From: Lingula anatina
Lineage: Eukaryota > Animalia > Brachiopoda
Assembly: GCA_051362555.1 (NCBI GenBank)
Contig: CM120644.1
Span: forward strand, 10,624,567-10,688,566
DNA length: 64,000 bases
Direction of reading: 5' to 3'
The notes beneath the pieces were generated by a model. That model was not told where the DNA came from, did no database searches, and was given only the letters and a program-made list of their open reading frames with translations. Numbering within the stretch: the stretch's first letter is position 1; each line of letters opens with the position of its first letter. Of this stretch, positions 1 through 14,697 are shown piece by piece. The position numbers and the translations under genes are program-made.

Positions 1-460
1 TTATATAACAGTTTTTATACGCGTTTTCTTGCTTGATAAGTTTTGGGTCTATCCCATAATTGGTTTGGTATCTTGGCAATTGAAAATAACCTTTTTATTT
101 CAAATCGAGAAGGTGCACGGGAATTGTGTTGTCTGAAATCGTCCAATTTTCTTTGATTTTCAATGTACATCAATTTCAAACAAAACCAAATCTTCTCCAG
201 TTCCAAAGAAAAAAAATAATGCAAGGGTTTTCATTCGACCAATTAGGTGGCTAAAGCCAAACTAGGAAAGCCTATGTAAAAAGCAAATGTTACGGATAGG
301 GAAATTGCTGATGAGTATCAGAAAATTATGAAGGGTGTAAGTTTTCTTTTTTCTTCTTTATTTACTTATTTTTCGTAAAGCAAAATCTACAAAAGGTCAA
401 TTTTTTATTTCAAAAATCAAAATCAAAAAGAGTTAAAACATTTAGTAGAAAAATACTTAC

Positions 461-1845
461 ATTATCCATTAGCCCTTTGAAGTAAGTATCTCTAAAGTTC
501 CCTGTGACGTCAGCGTAACGATCAACTCCAATCACCATAGGTGAGTCCTTCATTTGTCTGGGCTGGCCTGTAACGAAATTATCACTTTGTTCTCTTAGTT
601 TCCATATACCTTAATGGAGTTTCTTCAACCAACACATTTATCAATATCTGTCAAGTCGCACTATTTAAGATTGAAACTACAGGTGATGATTTAGCCTCCA
701 CCTGAGAAATGCATTCAAAATACAATTTTTATAAAAGCTTCAGTTTCTGATGTGGGTGAATTGATTGACAACATAACAGTATCATACCTAATCAGCTGCT
801 GATTAAAGAAACTATTAAAAACCAAGTCTGCGAAACAACCGATGAATCAATATTTTTAGTCTGATGAATAAATGCTATTATTTGTAACAAGTCTTTACTT
901 CGTTACAGTAGAAACGCAGAGTAAAGTTGTAAGCTGAGCACGCATGCACATGGTAACATCGGTGCTGTCTTACCATCCATGTTAATTTTCACTCTCTCGG
1001 CTCCGTTGATGTAGATGAGCAGTGTGCTGCCATTACATGCCATGACAACGTGATGCCATATGCCATCATCTAACCGTGAGTCAGCCTGAAGTAATGTAAG
1101 ATACTTGTTTAATGATGTTGAGTTATGAAAAGAATCATATTCTTGTTTTTTTTTCCGAAAAATATTGGCAAATTTATGCCATGTGTTTTAAATGCACATG
1201 TATTAAACCCGAGTTACAACATCGATTGATTTTCTAGCAGAGAGAGAGAGAGAGGGTCTCTGCCTTATGGGCATTAAACCTCCATCTCTCTCCTTCCAAA
1301 ATGTCTCTTTTTTTTTCTACATTCATTCGCAGTACATGACTCACCTTGGTACCATCAATATAAAAGGTATATTCAGAGTTGTTGGTCATTATGGAGCCAC
1401 CAAGACCGTTCACTTCTGAATATATCTGCACAGACGGGGCGGTTGTGGCACGCCCGTTGTTCACGAGCCCCATGCGCCATCCTCCCGTGGCGTCGCGGAG
1501 GTAAAAGAAGGCGATCGTGAAGCGTTTGAATGCTCTGTTCATGAAGTGGGGAATCTCCAAGTGACCGGCCAGAAACCTGTGAAAAATAATCTCTTAAATT
1601 AGTTACTTTAATCTTTAATATTTTAAGCTTGTTTGGCGTTTGTCTCGATATTAGTCATTCGTGGTGTTAATTCTGCAAGGTAGTTACATTCAACGCAACC
1701 TCTGACATGCAAATGTACTGCTATGCACATGTCTGGGGTACACTGTAGTAGGTGAAAGAACTTAAATTACATCATCAATATGTAAAAATTACGACTATCT
1801 GTATTATGCAAATTTTAATTATAATTTCTGTTATTATTATTATGA

Positions 1846-1888
<43 letters not shown>

Positions 1889-2985
1889 ATTATTATTAGG
1901 CGTACCTGCAGCTTGTTTCCCCTGCCTGTGCGTTGTAGTCCTCCAAGGAGACATTGCCGTAAACACCCACCCAAACCTTACTAGACTCTGTCACGGTGCC
2001 CTCACAATTCAGTAAGATCTCCTTGCGCTTTGCTGAAATACATATGCATGTGATAAATACACCTTTGCAGCATCACATTTTGTTTTGTATATCGGTGCAC
2101 AGCATGTATGCATTGTGATATGAGTACGGTATGAGCGCCCTTGGTGTGGGCAGGTGATTGTGTTTGAATTGCATAAACTCAGTGCAGTAGTAACAGTTTT
2201 TGAATCATCAGGAATGACTCTTTTCTTGACTTATCCTGCAATTCGGCTGCATCACATTGAAAGACTGTGATCATGATTCACACATCGAATTTGAGTAAAC
2301 AATTACAGTATTACCTAGTTTAATTTAAATTAATTTCCCTTTTGAAAAAAGAAATTCTAGATGCAACAGCGTGCTTTTAAGAGGAAGGAATTCAAGTCGC
2401 CCGGGAAGAATCACCCAAATTAAAAAAGAAAGACGTCTAAGCTAATCTCCCACCGCCAACTCACCTCTGATCACTCCCGGCCTCACACATTCACAGTCCG
2501 TGATGCTGAACTCATCGTGACCGCAAGAAACTATCTCGTAATTCCCATCCGCCGCGTCCATGTAGGCCTTTGTGGTGTTTGTTAGGGCGTAAAGGGTCAA
2601 ACCTCTGGAGTCTTTACAATCACCTAAAGATAAATAGAACCTTATTATTATTACCTTATCTATTTATAACTGCGGTACAAGATATAGCTTCACAACGATT
2701 ATGACCTTGCATTACACGCATTTTCTATAATTGAACTTCACTATGCATGGTCATAGCTTAATTGCTCTTCTGTTTTGCTTCTTATTTTTCTGTCACCCAA
2801 TAGTTTTTTATCAGTTTACCCTGATGTGTGTTCTTTAAATTTCCCAGCTGCCTTATATTGATGAGTTTATAACATTTTCCAACATATGTGAACAGAAACA
2901 TGAGCTAGAAGGTTAAGTTCACGTACTGTAATCGCTACGTCTGTACGCTGTACCTTACCAGTAGTGCTTACACGTATAAGCCAGC

Positions 2986-3036
<51 letters not shown>

Positions 3037-5840
3037 TAAGTATGCACATGTGATCCTGTTATGTGGCGTGAGCAATCAGCATAAAGTACATAATATGAGG
3101 AGTGTAGAAATGCGTGTGTGCTTATGTGAGCTTGTGTGCGCGCGTCATGTATATACGAAGGAAAAGAAAGTGCGTGCGTGCGTGCGTGCGTGCGCACGTG
3201 TAACGGTTCCTATCTATAAAACCTCCTCACCTCCCAGTAGTTCTGGCGGTGGAGTGGGGCCAGGGGTTGTAGTTGCATTAACGTCCACAGTCGTTTCTGG
3301 CTCTCCTACAGATTTAGAAGGTAAACTGTTATTTGTTGTGGACTTTGATTATTTTAATTTATTCAATTTTAAATTTATCTTTTTATTCATTCAAATATAT
3401 CTAATAATTTTATTATTTAATATTATCATCATTATTATTATCATTAATTTGGGGATGGTTTTCTTGTTTTGATATATCAACTGAACCAAACCCTCAACAA
3501 AGTTGACAACTAAGCCGCGAATACATATAGCATTTTGTGTATTGAATCATAGGTCTGTTATTGCTGTCAAACACTTACTAAAACAATGAATGGGATCGTA
3601 AGGCCGGTTGTTGCAATCAACGAAGTCGCAGCCCAAGCATGCCATCGCTTCCGCATCAAACAGCGTTCCTTGTGAACAATTCTGAAACGAAATTCTGTAA
3701 AGGCTGGAATAAGGTCTTTGAACATAATAACCCTCTTTGCAAAGAAAACATAGCCCCAAAATCGATCTATGCTTTTAAACAAACATTTTAGTCTTTGTCT
3801 GGAAATGTATCAGTAATATTCCAATTACATTTAATATTGTACTTGCTTTATATGAGGGAAGTTTTGGCTAATTATAATGTTTCAGTCAAATACTTATGTC
3901 ATTTAAGAGGTCTACTACTTTCAGCACTGACGTTGTTTAGGCTGATACGTATAATGGCTACATTTCTGAATATATAAAAGAAAGCTATTTTCCAGCTTTA
4001 ATTCCAGTTATGTTCCATGAAAAACCGCGCCGTTTTCCCGTAAGACAGGTAATGAAAGGGCTCTTAACGCGCTGCGCGAGACGATTGATGTGGTAATAAT
4101 CGCCTTGATAGGCAGTGGGGTTTAGTGGCACAATCGAAGGTCATGTAATAGGTTAAATCCTGGTGTGTTTTTTAACTTTCAACTTGTGCCGATTAAATAT
4201 ACACATTTTTCTTTCTTTTTTTATAAAACAGAGTAATGTTCTAATTCAGTATTCTGCAAATGTCTATTATGTATCTGTAACATAATGTTTCGTTTTTTCT
4301 GTGTAATAAATGTTATGGATGAGGGGGTTTTGGAATACGTAGACACCGTTATGGTATCTAGACTACAGTTGCATTTTAAGATGATCAACTTGCCCGGTTT
4401 TAACTTTCAAAAACAGCCAATGAAATAGACTAATCATCATATCAATTTGACATGAAGTTGCTTTAATGAAAAAGGAACAGTGTCACTCGAAATATGAAAA
4501 TATTCAGTCAAAGAAAAAATTGCTTTACGGTTTTAAGTTAAGTTAGATGCTTGATAGACATTACAGTTGTGGTTTTACTTTTACACTTAGTGGTAATTTG
4601 ATATTTTCCCATTCAGCCTATAGTAAGAAGAATGATCGGTGGGTCTCAAATAAAGCCTCCTCTTGACTGGAAGAGGTCGGAGTCAGAACTTGATCTTGTT
4701 TTTATGTTATGGTACAAAGGTATTTTTCAGAAAAAAAGACCTCCCCCCACCAAAAAATAAATTAATTAAATTAAATAAATATTAAAAAAAACTCTCCCAC
4801 CTGGAAATAACTGGCTTGATTTAAAATACGCCATATTCCTCAGCAGAAAGCCGTGACCAGTCTCTGTGGAGTGTTAAATTTAAGATACCCAACCCCTCTA
4901 GTCCGACATCCTACCCCTTTTCAAAAGAAGATCCCCGTCCCTTCTCAATACGATAATTTACGGAACACTTAGGATCATGCATCTTACACACAGCACTGCC
5001 AGAAAATAGATGAAATGGGTGGAAATTAATTAAATGAAATAAATTATTCACACATTTTGTTTCAACTTCTGGAGGATGAAAAGAAGTTGGGAGTAAGTAA
5101 GTAAATTCTGTTTCTGATCTCCTAGTTACGCCATTATAAAAGCAGATGTATACATACCTGAGCAATGGGTTTGCCGAGGACACACCAGTAATATTTAGCA
5201 CAATCCTGCTCGTAGATCCTGAACATCGCACCATGTTCCAACAGCTTGTCGTCATCACTACAGATATCTGTTTGTAGAAATTTTACATAATATCACTACT
5301 TGACTCCTGCATAATATATTTTTAATGCCAGGTGAATAAGACAGAGAAAAATAAAATGCTTCCAATGCGAACTTGTTTATTCATGCTTCAAAGCATCCCA
5401 ATCGGCATTTCTAAAATAACGTAACCCATTTTCTATTTTACAAAATGAAACATTCCAAAATACGTGTTGTTTCATATATTTATAATTATATAACATATAA
5501 TTTTGCACATATTAGATACGATGAACCAGCTGTGAGGTTTGTAATTATTCCTTTTCACATAGGTAACCATTAATTGGAAAGTATCCTCAACATCACAGCC
5601 TCACAGGTAATTATGGGTTTACTCAATGAAGTCAGTTACCACGACATTAATTAAGATAAGTCTAAAATGTGTGCAATCATTACGCTATCCTTGCTAAACA
5701 AATCCTTAATTAACATTTGCTTTTCAAAAATAAAAACAAATTATCAGACAACCTGTTGTTCTATTTCAAGACTCACCAACGTCTTGTGCAAGAGCGACGC
5801 CGAGGATCACCAGCGCGAGGAAACTCTTTAGTGCCGCCAT
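461..5840 (-). CDS. Secreted chitin-binding (CBM14-like) + LamG/ConA-like domain protein, paralogue A (Pif/LamG3-like); 3' end runs off the window
   Basis: Manually spliced exons 5840-5777, 5267-5158, 3681-3579, 3305-3231, 2623-2465, 2032-1906, 1576-1345, 1085-974, 567-461; all GT-AG and phase-consistent, 363 codons with no stop. Signal peptide MAALKSFLALVILGVALAQ; CBM14-type C-x19-C-x5-C-x9-C-x12-C (DCAKYYWC...NCSQGTLFD); linker NATTTPGPTPPP; LamG motifs WHHVVMACNGSTLLIYING and FKGLMDN. The last exon (the xRFYDxA exon of B and C) was not found in 1-460. Confidence 0.9.
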
Positions 5841-5880
5841 TTTGGGAGGTGTGTGAAGACAACCGGTAATATGTCTGTCT

Positions 5881-5887
5881 TTTTATA
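5881..5887 (-). promoter_or_regulatory. TATA box of paralogue A
   Basis: TATAAAA on the minus strand 41-47 nt upstream of the ATG at 5840; paralogue B has a TATAAA at the same spacing. Confidence 0.55.
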
Positions 5888-7694
5888 TAAGATGACTTGA
5901 CTTTCAACAGCGCTAATAAATTTCAGAATTAGAACACGTTCCCCATCTTCTTCCTTTCTGATGCTAAATAAATGGAGCTTTAAGTTGAGGAAATATGAGG
6001 TTAAAGACTATATTTTGGTTAATAAAATGCCTAATGTCTTTAACGTTTTAGACGGACTTAATATAACAGGTATAAGACATACCTGCCCAACATGCACCTT
6101 GTTAAATTACAAACTTAATTTAACGGTTTTGCGGCTTGGCTTCAATATATGTTCAGTTTTGAAATTTTAGAATTTTTTTGCGTATTTTTCCAAATTAACT
6201 ACTAAAGAGCAGTGTCCTTTTATGCTGTCTGCTAAAATATGTTGCATTATGCACAAAAATGGAAAAAAAAGATTCAGTTCCGGCATTTTATTGGCTGTTT
6301 AAATGATAGACTTCAAACACTTAACGCTTAAGTATGTCATGAAACCTCTTTTAAAAACGGAACTCAAACTTGAGTTGAGTTAAGTAGTTTTGATCATTAA
6401 CTCGCGTAGTTTGCTTTCAGGACATTTGATAAGTGCATGTGTTCAAGAACCGCATACCATTGAAGTTACAACTTAAAGATGCCGCATTAGAGTTAAATGT
6501 CGTTTTCGTTGAAATCCCCGTTATAGAAGCTCCTATCAACGCGCGTTCAAGCCAATGTTCCACGCAATTTTATCCATTTAACAATATTATATTATATTAT
6601 ATATATCATATTATATTATATTATATTATATTATATTATATTATATTATATTATATTATATTGCACTGTATGTTTAACTTATGACGTGTACTTGATTTGC
6701 TTACTTTGCATTAAAAGTTCATAATGTCTAGTCACTGTAAGTCTTTATGTAAGTAAATGATACGAATTGTTAGCTATGCGGTTCTTTTGCTTTATATACT
6801 TCACTGAAAAGAGCAATAATTCATTGGAATGTTTTCCTCAATGTGGATACAAGAAATGTCGAATGACCAGCGTACATGACCCCAAACTCCATAAACTGTA
6901 TGCATGTAATGTTTAAGAAGAGCCATTCGTCTCAGCACAGCCCACGCTATTGAAAAGATCAAAGATATGTAAAACATGTATCTGGCCAAGGAAGATAAAG
7001 TTGGTACCAAATACTGCCACGAACAATAAAATTAAGGATAGGGAGCAGGAATCTATACGACACTTGTTAATAATGTTATGTAAATAACACAGCATTACAG
7101 TTCTGCATTAAATCCGATTCTCGTCTTTTAACAAGCATGACAGTCCCATTTCTAAGAAATAGTCTGGGATCATAATGCACTGAACGAATTTTTCAGTATT
7201 TGCATAGAACACGTTTGAGAACATTTTTGCATCGATGTGACGAACTGAAATGGTTCTTTTCGATATCATATTCTTACAGCAATGTTCAGTTTTGATATTA
7301 TATTTAATGCACTAAGACAGCTGCATTAACAGTAATATCACAACTTTTACGCAAAAAAAATAAATAAAAATAAAAATACAGAAAGATGCATGCATTAACT
7401 TTCTTAATTAAAAGGGTAAAAATATGACGCCATGATCCATTATAACATTCAAGAGTCAAAGCAGCCTGCATATTTGAATAGTACAGTCCAGACACATTGA
7501 CATATATAGAAAACTATTAAATAAAACTAAATCCAGTACAATTCCAATCATGCTTTGAGTGCGTGACAGTGTTACCATAGCAACATTCTGCGTGGGTAAA
7601 AAGTCAGAACTGTGCATCATTAACGCATTTGTTGTTCAAGAAAAAGGTGATACGAATACAAATAGCTCTTGAATTGCGACCTTTCATCCTATGT

Positions 7695-10600
7695 TTAATT
7701 ATTCCCATTGCGCGATTCGAACAGTGCCATGACTTCGTCGTCGTCCAATGCTCTGTCATAGAACCGTAACTATAAAGGAAAAAAGTACAACAGCATTAAT
7801 AAATTAATCTTATACAAGCGATCCATTTTATTCTGGTATTTAACTTACATGTAGCATTCGCAAGAGGAGGAGACCGTCGATATATGTTGTTTCGTAAATC
7901 GCCGTAATTATATTATATTTTATCTCACAAAATATAATTAAAAATGTAAATACGCAAATAGATGAAATACTATGCAAATCTTTAACGAATAATTGGATAC
8001 CTTTGTAATCTTCAAACTTTGTTTTTTTTTTCTTTTTGAGGTATAACACATTATGATAAATGCATAATCAAAACGCAGGCAAATTCTGACAATCTACAAA
8101 GAACTTCTGACTCAACTCACATCATCCATCATTCCTACGAAGCTGGAAGTTCCTTGTCCCAAGTCCCCGTCTATATAATAGTCCCGCCCTACCACCATGG
8201 ACGCCTGGGGACGTCTTAACATGTTACCTGGAACAAAATAGAAAACATGAAGTAATTCTCTCCCAGATTTGTTTCAGAAATAATTCAATCAATCTGCTGC
8301 CTGGGAATATGTATATCGGGTTTCTCAAAAGATGTGCCTAATTCAAAATTCAATAACTTTAACAGTTTTGTTTTTAATAAATGCTAAATAATTTATGACT
8401 CTGCTTTTTACAGTTTTGGCACTTAAGCCAAAGAATGCCAAAAAACATTCTTCTGTTTACCGAAGGAGCTTGTGAACCTTTCGCCGAAAATTATTTTCCG
8501 TTTAACCGAGATTGCTGTGGCCTATTTTCAACGCTTTGAAATGCCATTGGCTTTGCAGTGAAATTGTTAGTTAACCTTCTACCTCAAACCCTGTACCTGT
8601 ACTAAGTTTGTTTCAGTCTCTTATCCGTTGCGTTGTGTTGAGTAATCCCAAGAGCCCATTCCCTTCTACGGCTGATCTTACCTTCAACATCAATCTCCAC
8701 TCTCCCCGTGCCGTTCACATACAGTTCCAGACTCGTTGTGTTATAAACAAACGCCACATGGTGCCAAACATCAGCTTCTAATGGATTACTCTGGAAAAAG
8801 TGTGTACGTGTGTATTTTATCGCACTTATTTTGAAAACGGAATCTGCCAAAAATAGTCCAATAACTTAAAAAGTATTATTCAAATAGTAAACATTGTCGT
8901 CTGAGAACATTTGTGGAGCTATATAAATGAAACATAATTTCTGAAAACGTTTATTTGCATATACTGCATCAAACTTCGGATAAACAAGTCATTTTCACCT
9001 TCTTAGATATGTAACTCTTAATTCTAATCAATCGTTTTAAACAGTCTGCTTATGTTTGGTTTTAAAGACAGATGATACATACAGGATAGTAGTATACGTG
9101 GCTTTATTGTTGTCGGCACTTTGGTATACTGTGGTTAACTTCAAAACAAAGCATTTTCACATTTTTATGTTGACAAAGCCATTAGAGCCGATATACCACA
9201 GACTGATAAAAACATGTGCATTTATATTCAACATTTAAAAATAAAATGTATTTTTGAAAAATATTACTCTGTCCCTGTGCTGTATCTCGTATGTCGTCAC
9301 GTCAGTTAACAAAGATGCCCGGATGTAGGTCCTCTCGCAGAAAATCTGGATGGAAGGCTGCAGGGCTGAGCGACCGTTGTTCACCAGGCCCATTGTTCCA
9401 CTGCCCGCCTTGGAGGAACGCTTATAGTAAAAAGCGACCGTCAGTTGCTCGAAAAATGTATTTTGAAAATAGGGAATTTCCATACGGCCTTCTTTAAACA
9501 TGGCGGCTCGCTTGTGGACAATTCCGCCGGGTACGATGTAGGCCTGGTCGTAAACTCCCGTCCACACTCGGTTGTGTCCGGGCCGTGTGGCTTTGAAATC
9601 GCCTTCAAAGTCGTACACGATAGGGAATATACCTGAAATGATGGAATGCAGTCTTATACATGTGTTTTTATATGTACTTTTATGAAATGTTCAAATGAAT
9701 TTTAATTATAAATTTATATTAAGATTAAAATTGAATGTAATCGCAAAAAAAAAAAACACTAACATGTGCGTGCATTTACAAAGATGACTATCTCAGATTT
9801 CTTAAAAAAATATAGACATGTAGAGTAATGAAAAGTGTACAATTTTTATCGAAATTAAAGCTACCAATATAGTGCGTACGACGTTTCGTAGCCTGTCATC
9901 TCTATTTTCGTCTATTTACTTAACAAAACCTGATTCTATTACGGTTTTACAGAATCACAGCAGGTGTATATAGCTTGTCAGATGTTCAAAAATGACAACA
10001 AATAAGTATTTTTCCTGTAAAATATTTGTGATAATGAAAATAATTAACACAAAAAGCGTACTATATATTCATAATTATACTTTTGGCACCGATAATATTG
10101 TATTATTTATAATCTTCCCAATTATGATTACGTACCGCAAAATGCACTACTAACCTCCAGATACTCCAGATACCACAGAAATCTTCAGTCCTTCCTTGTA
10201 TAGCAAAGACTGAGCGCCTGGTGCGTCGCAGTTACATATACTAAGAGAGAACATCCAAGGCCCGCAACTGACGTATTCAAAGCGGCCATTGTTCAGGCGG
10301 TAGAATGCATTGGTGTTGTTTGTTATAACATATCTGACCAGTTGCTCAATGTCTTTGCAACTATCTGGAATGCAGTATATTCAGATGCAGTTTTGATATT
10401 GAGATATCGTTGGTTATTTTTTATCAATCTTGCAGAATGGGGGGTTGATGCCTTGAGTTTTTATAGGCAGCACCTTTCATATTGCTACGAGTGATTACTA
10501 CTACACGAAAACACATGTCGTGGTATATTGAAACAAAATGGCTTGTCAGGGCATGCAAGGTAGATTTTGTACAATTCTAATCGTGAGGAGGATGGAAATC

Positions 10601-13600
10601 GTATTAAGATTGAGTTATTACGGCCAAACATTGAATTTTTGTCCAGTTTTTTTACTAAGTCTGAATGTGCTTACCGCCCAAGAGCTCATCTGGAGGCGGG
10701 AGTGGGGTCTCCGTGGTTGTCGCGTTCACCGAACTCATGAGTCCTACAAAAACAATAGTGTCATTTTCTTTTTAAAATATTGTAATTAAAAAGTATCGTT
10801 CAACGAAAAAAAGCACATCTCAATAAGTTGAGATTTGGGCTCAGAAAAACCCAAGATACGTGAGATAGCTTTGGTTTCATGTACTTGAAGAATCTTTATT
10901 TTTTATTTATATTATATTCACACAGTACAGGTCCGTAGCTAGCAATTTCAAAAGGGGGGGTCTTTTTCTGAAAAAGTGGACCTCTAAACATGAAACCTTC
11001 ATGTACCTAGACAAACTCTTACCCAAAAGGGACCTTTTCCAAGCAAAATGTTTTTTTTTCCACCCCCCACCCCCCCAAAAAAAAAAAAAAAAAAAAAAAC
11101 TGGCTACTGGCCTGCAGTAGCATCTCACCTTCGCAGTGGCCGTCAGGGAGAGGTCGAGTGCCACAATCTACCTTGTTACAATAATCACACCAGAGGGGCA
11201 CCGGGTCGAAGATAAGTCCAGGTTTACATCCCTGGAATAGGCAGAGATCAGATTATAGAGAGCAATCAGTATTTTTGTTGCCTTCTTTCTTATTGTGAAT
11301 GGGACTATGGAAGTTTGTGGTACGCTGGGATGGAGGAGACATAGAAATTGATAAGATATTTTGCCAGCAAGAGGTTATAATCACTAAGTATTTAAACGGT
11401 CTTTTCACTAAATTGTGTAACGTTTTTTGGACTCGATTTGATCTGGTAATAATAGACTAACGGTGTGTAGATTTGATATTTCATACTATTTACAAGCTGC
11501 AGCGAAGCACAATATTTGCCTCTTTTATTACATGTAAACAATTGAAAAGTGGGAAAACTCATAGTGCGCGCTATGGTATCAATAATTGTTGATGATAAAA
11601 GTATTTGTGCATTGATGTTTTATGCGACACTTTGAAAATCGTCATTTCAACAACCTATGTAATTGTCTTGAAAATATACTTGTCAGATTCTTGTTCAGCA
11701 TCAGTGTTCATTTACAATTAATGCATGAAAAATTAAACAAACTGCCTAACGGGAATAGTGAAAAAACTATATGAAAACATCTAAATAGATTTGTTACAAG
11801 ACCATGTAACAGTACACTGAAGGCTTAACCCGGCCAACACAGAACGTTTTATAACGTTACAGTAACGTGACCATAACGTTTTATTGGTAAAATAACGTTA
11901 TGGTAACGTTATAATAACGTTATGTGTTTGCTGGGAATTCACCCACACAGGAGGTTCTAAATACAATTGTCCTGAATCGAATATATGGACAAGGCGTGTG
12001 TAACGTATATAATTTGCAGTAGAATGCTTCAGCGGAAGACCTCAGGTTTAAAAATTACACTATCAGAATATACATGTAGTGTGTCCAAGTTATAAGTTGT
12101 GTTTATGGCTGTCACACTACCGATATATGTAGCCAAGGGACGTACATGTACTTGTATAAATGAAGATGATATTATGTCTGGTTATGAACCCCCAAATCTT
12201 ATTATTAGACCTAATGTGCCGAAGGTTCAAAGATGGATTTTCACATTTAAAAATGAACGCGAATTGTTGTTCATTTTGCAATGAAGACGGTTTGTTTTAA
12301 GTTATTACTGTACTATTTAACGTTCATGATTAAAACGTGTATCTCTATATTCTGTATGTATCTCTACAGTATACGGTAACTGTAACTATCTAGACTTGCC
12401 CCGGTTTCACAAAAAATAGTTTCTGGCTTAATTTATTAGGGTTTCCATGAGAGTGCTGTGACCCTCTTCCTGATAGGGCAAGATGTGTGCATGTGATAAC
12501 GTAACGTTGGAAACCAAGTTCTTAGTCAGAGAAGCTGACTATTTATTTATTAATTTATTTTATTAATTAATTTATTATTATTATTATTTTATGATTTATT
12601 TTATTTCATTTATTTATTTATTTTATTTATTTATTTATTTATTTATTTATTTTTTTTTTTTTTTTTTTTTTTGTGAAACAGGGGTCTGGACTTCTATTAC
12701 ATTATCCAGCCACAAACGCGCAGACAGTCCACACCCTTTCACATGCAAAATAATGTACTGGTTCTTTCCTGCCCAATGTACAACACAAGCTTATGCCCGT
12801 ATAATAAAAGTGGCACGCATAAAGCTTTGGAGCACGTCTCTATAATGTAGATGTATACAGTCATGTATGCAAAAGCCCTTGGCGCGAAAGGGCCGTTTAT
12901 ACAAAACAACTTAAGACCGAAAGTGGATCCTAAATTTTAGACCAAATAATTTTGTCTACTTTGTTTCAAGATACTAGTTACTAGTTATAGTCACTTAAGA
13001 TACAATAAGGTGTCTCTTTTAAGAAATACAAAGAATTGACTATTGTATTAGACAAATTGTCACTTTATTTTACTAAACCACTAAGTATTTGTCTCGAAAT
13101 AGGTCTGGCCAAGTCTGACTTTTTGTCGTGAAGAAACTGTAGAAAATGTCCCTGTCAGAAGCACGACAGAACTCTGGGCTAGCTCTAGGGTGACTGACCT
13201 TGTAGTGAGTTCGCTTGAAATTGCCGACATGTTCGCACATCACGTAGCCAGCGCAGTTGCCTGGATCCACACGCACCGGGCCGACATTGACTTGGTCGGC
13301 GTCTGCAGCACACGGGTCTGCGGAAGACGGAAACAAACAAAAAAACGAGTCAGAATCAGAGTAAAAGGGGAAAAATGAGCTCGAGGCCACTGAATTATGT
13401 ATTTGTACTAGTATGATTAGAATTAGAGAGAGGCCTGGCATTTTAGGGTTTGAATTAAGTCGGGATGAAGCGGGGGTGTGGACAGTTAAACTATAATGAT
13501 AATATTTATTTCTTAAAAGCAGCACTACACTTCCGTCTCAGTGCTGTTTACAAATAAAATTATCAGAATTACAAGTAATTATATAAATAATAAAAGCTAA

Positions 13601-14652
13601 AGTGAATAAAACAATTAAAATGATCAATGCTGGTTATGATATTAATTGTCTAAACAAAATAACTTTGTCTGATAAAATAAGAAAATATATAATTTCGAAT
13701 ATAAGATTTTAATTTTAAGTGCTGTGCAAATAAGAATGTTTCAAGTCTTTTTTTAAAAAAACATCAGCACTATCAATAGTCCGAGTGCGTGAAGGTAGTT
13801 CATTCCATAAAATGGGTACTGCAATTGAAAATTCCCTGTGGCCGCAGGATAATTGCGGAAATAGGAACACATCCACAGCCAATTTTTGAACAAAATAATA
13901 GAACAACAGCTTTTTCAGCTGCAAGGCATTTGTTTGAAAATTTAGAAACATTTAATTATATATGTAATCATATATTGCAGAAGATAACTACCATCTTATC
14001 CTTATCTACAAAAAAAAGCAGTGTGAAGCATCAGCAAGGATTTTAAATTAAGTTGCAAGAGAAAATATCGCCAATAGAAAAGAAAGCGAACAATGAATTG
14101 ACAAATAGGAGTAGTAGCTGTCATAGGAGGCGTCAAATGAAGATATGTGCGACAGGACCGGGGAGAGGGCTAGATGAAAGGCTATACACAGACATTAAAG
14201 GACACAAGGAATAATCAGGAAAGAAAATGGCCACTAATTGGTTAGTGAGGTTTAAATGCGAAATTAAAATACATAATAAAGAACCCATATCTACCACAGC
14301 GATTATTAAATGACATTTCTAACTGATCACAGAATTCAATAAAAATATCCACAGGAAATACTGCTGTTAATTATATTTTTGATACTGCAAACAGATAAGG
14401 ATAAATACTGTTCTTGACTTGTTTTAAACGTAAAATGCGAAATCCATGTTTAAATTTTCTACACACCATTTTACGTTTTTCTTTGTGATTTGAATGCTGC
14501 ATCTCCAGCTAGTGTTCATCACATTAAGATGAAGTAAGACGTTGGTTGAACATATTTAAGTAAAAGATAGAGGTTTTCAACTTACCGACAGCTGCCGGCT
14601 GCACCACACCCACAGATATTGTCAAAATCAATGCCACAAACAAAAAATCCAT
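7695..14652 (-). CDS. Secreted CBM14-like + LamG/ConA-like domain protein, paralogue B (about 407 aa, 9 exons)
   Basis: Exons 14652-14586, 13317-13199, 11231-11129, 10743-10675, 10364-10155, 9632-9268, 8790-8682, 8227-8121, 7769-7695; 1224 nt, open to TAA. Signal peptide MDFLFVALILTISVGVVQP; NCAGYVMC...GCKPGLIFD; linker NATTTETPLPPP; WHHVAFVYNTTSLELYVNG, FVGMMDD|LRFYDRALDDDEV. The exon 5 donor (G|GTTAGT at 10155) is the least certain boundary. Confidence 0.9.
11829..11935. mobile_element. Short AACGTT-rich MITE in intron 2 of paralogue B
   Basis: Imperfect inverted ends CCCGGCCAACAC...GTGTTTGCTGGG with internal ATAACGTT repeats; no clean TSD. Confidence 0.55.
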
Positions 14653-14691
14653 GTCGGGGTAATCAAAATAAATACGAAACTGCCGTCAACA

Positions 14692-14697
14692 TTTATA
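14692..14697 (-). promoter_or_regulatory. TATA box of paralogue B
   Basis: TATAAA on the minus strand about 40 nt upstream of the ATG at 14652. Confidence 0.5.

Noticed and set aside
2959-2990. Possible extra mini-exon in paralogue A (a GTAAG donor is present)
   Set aside because: The upstream sequence on the minus strand is a purine (GA)n tract with no usable acceptor, and the flanking exons already join in frame as in B and C.
4110-4165. tRNA or SINE-like A/B-box fragments (also near 23960-24000)
   Set aside because: Too degenerate; no cloverleaf or element boundaries can be supported.
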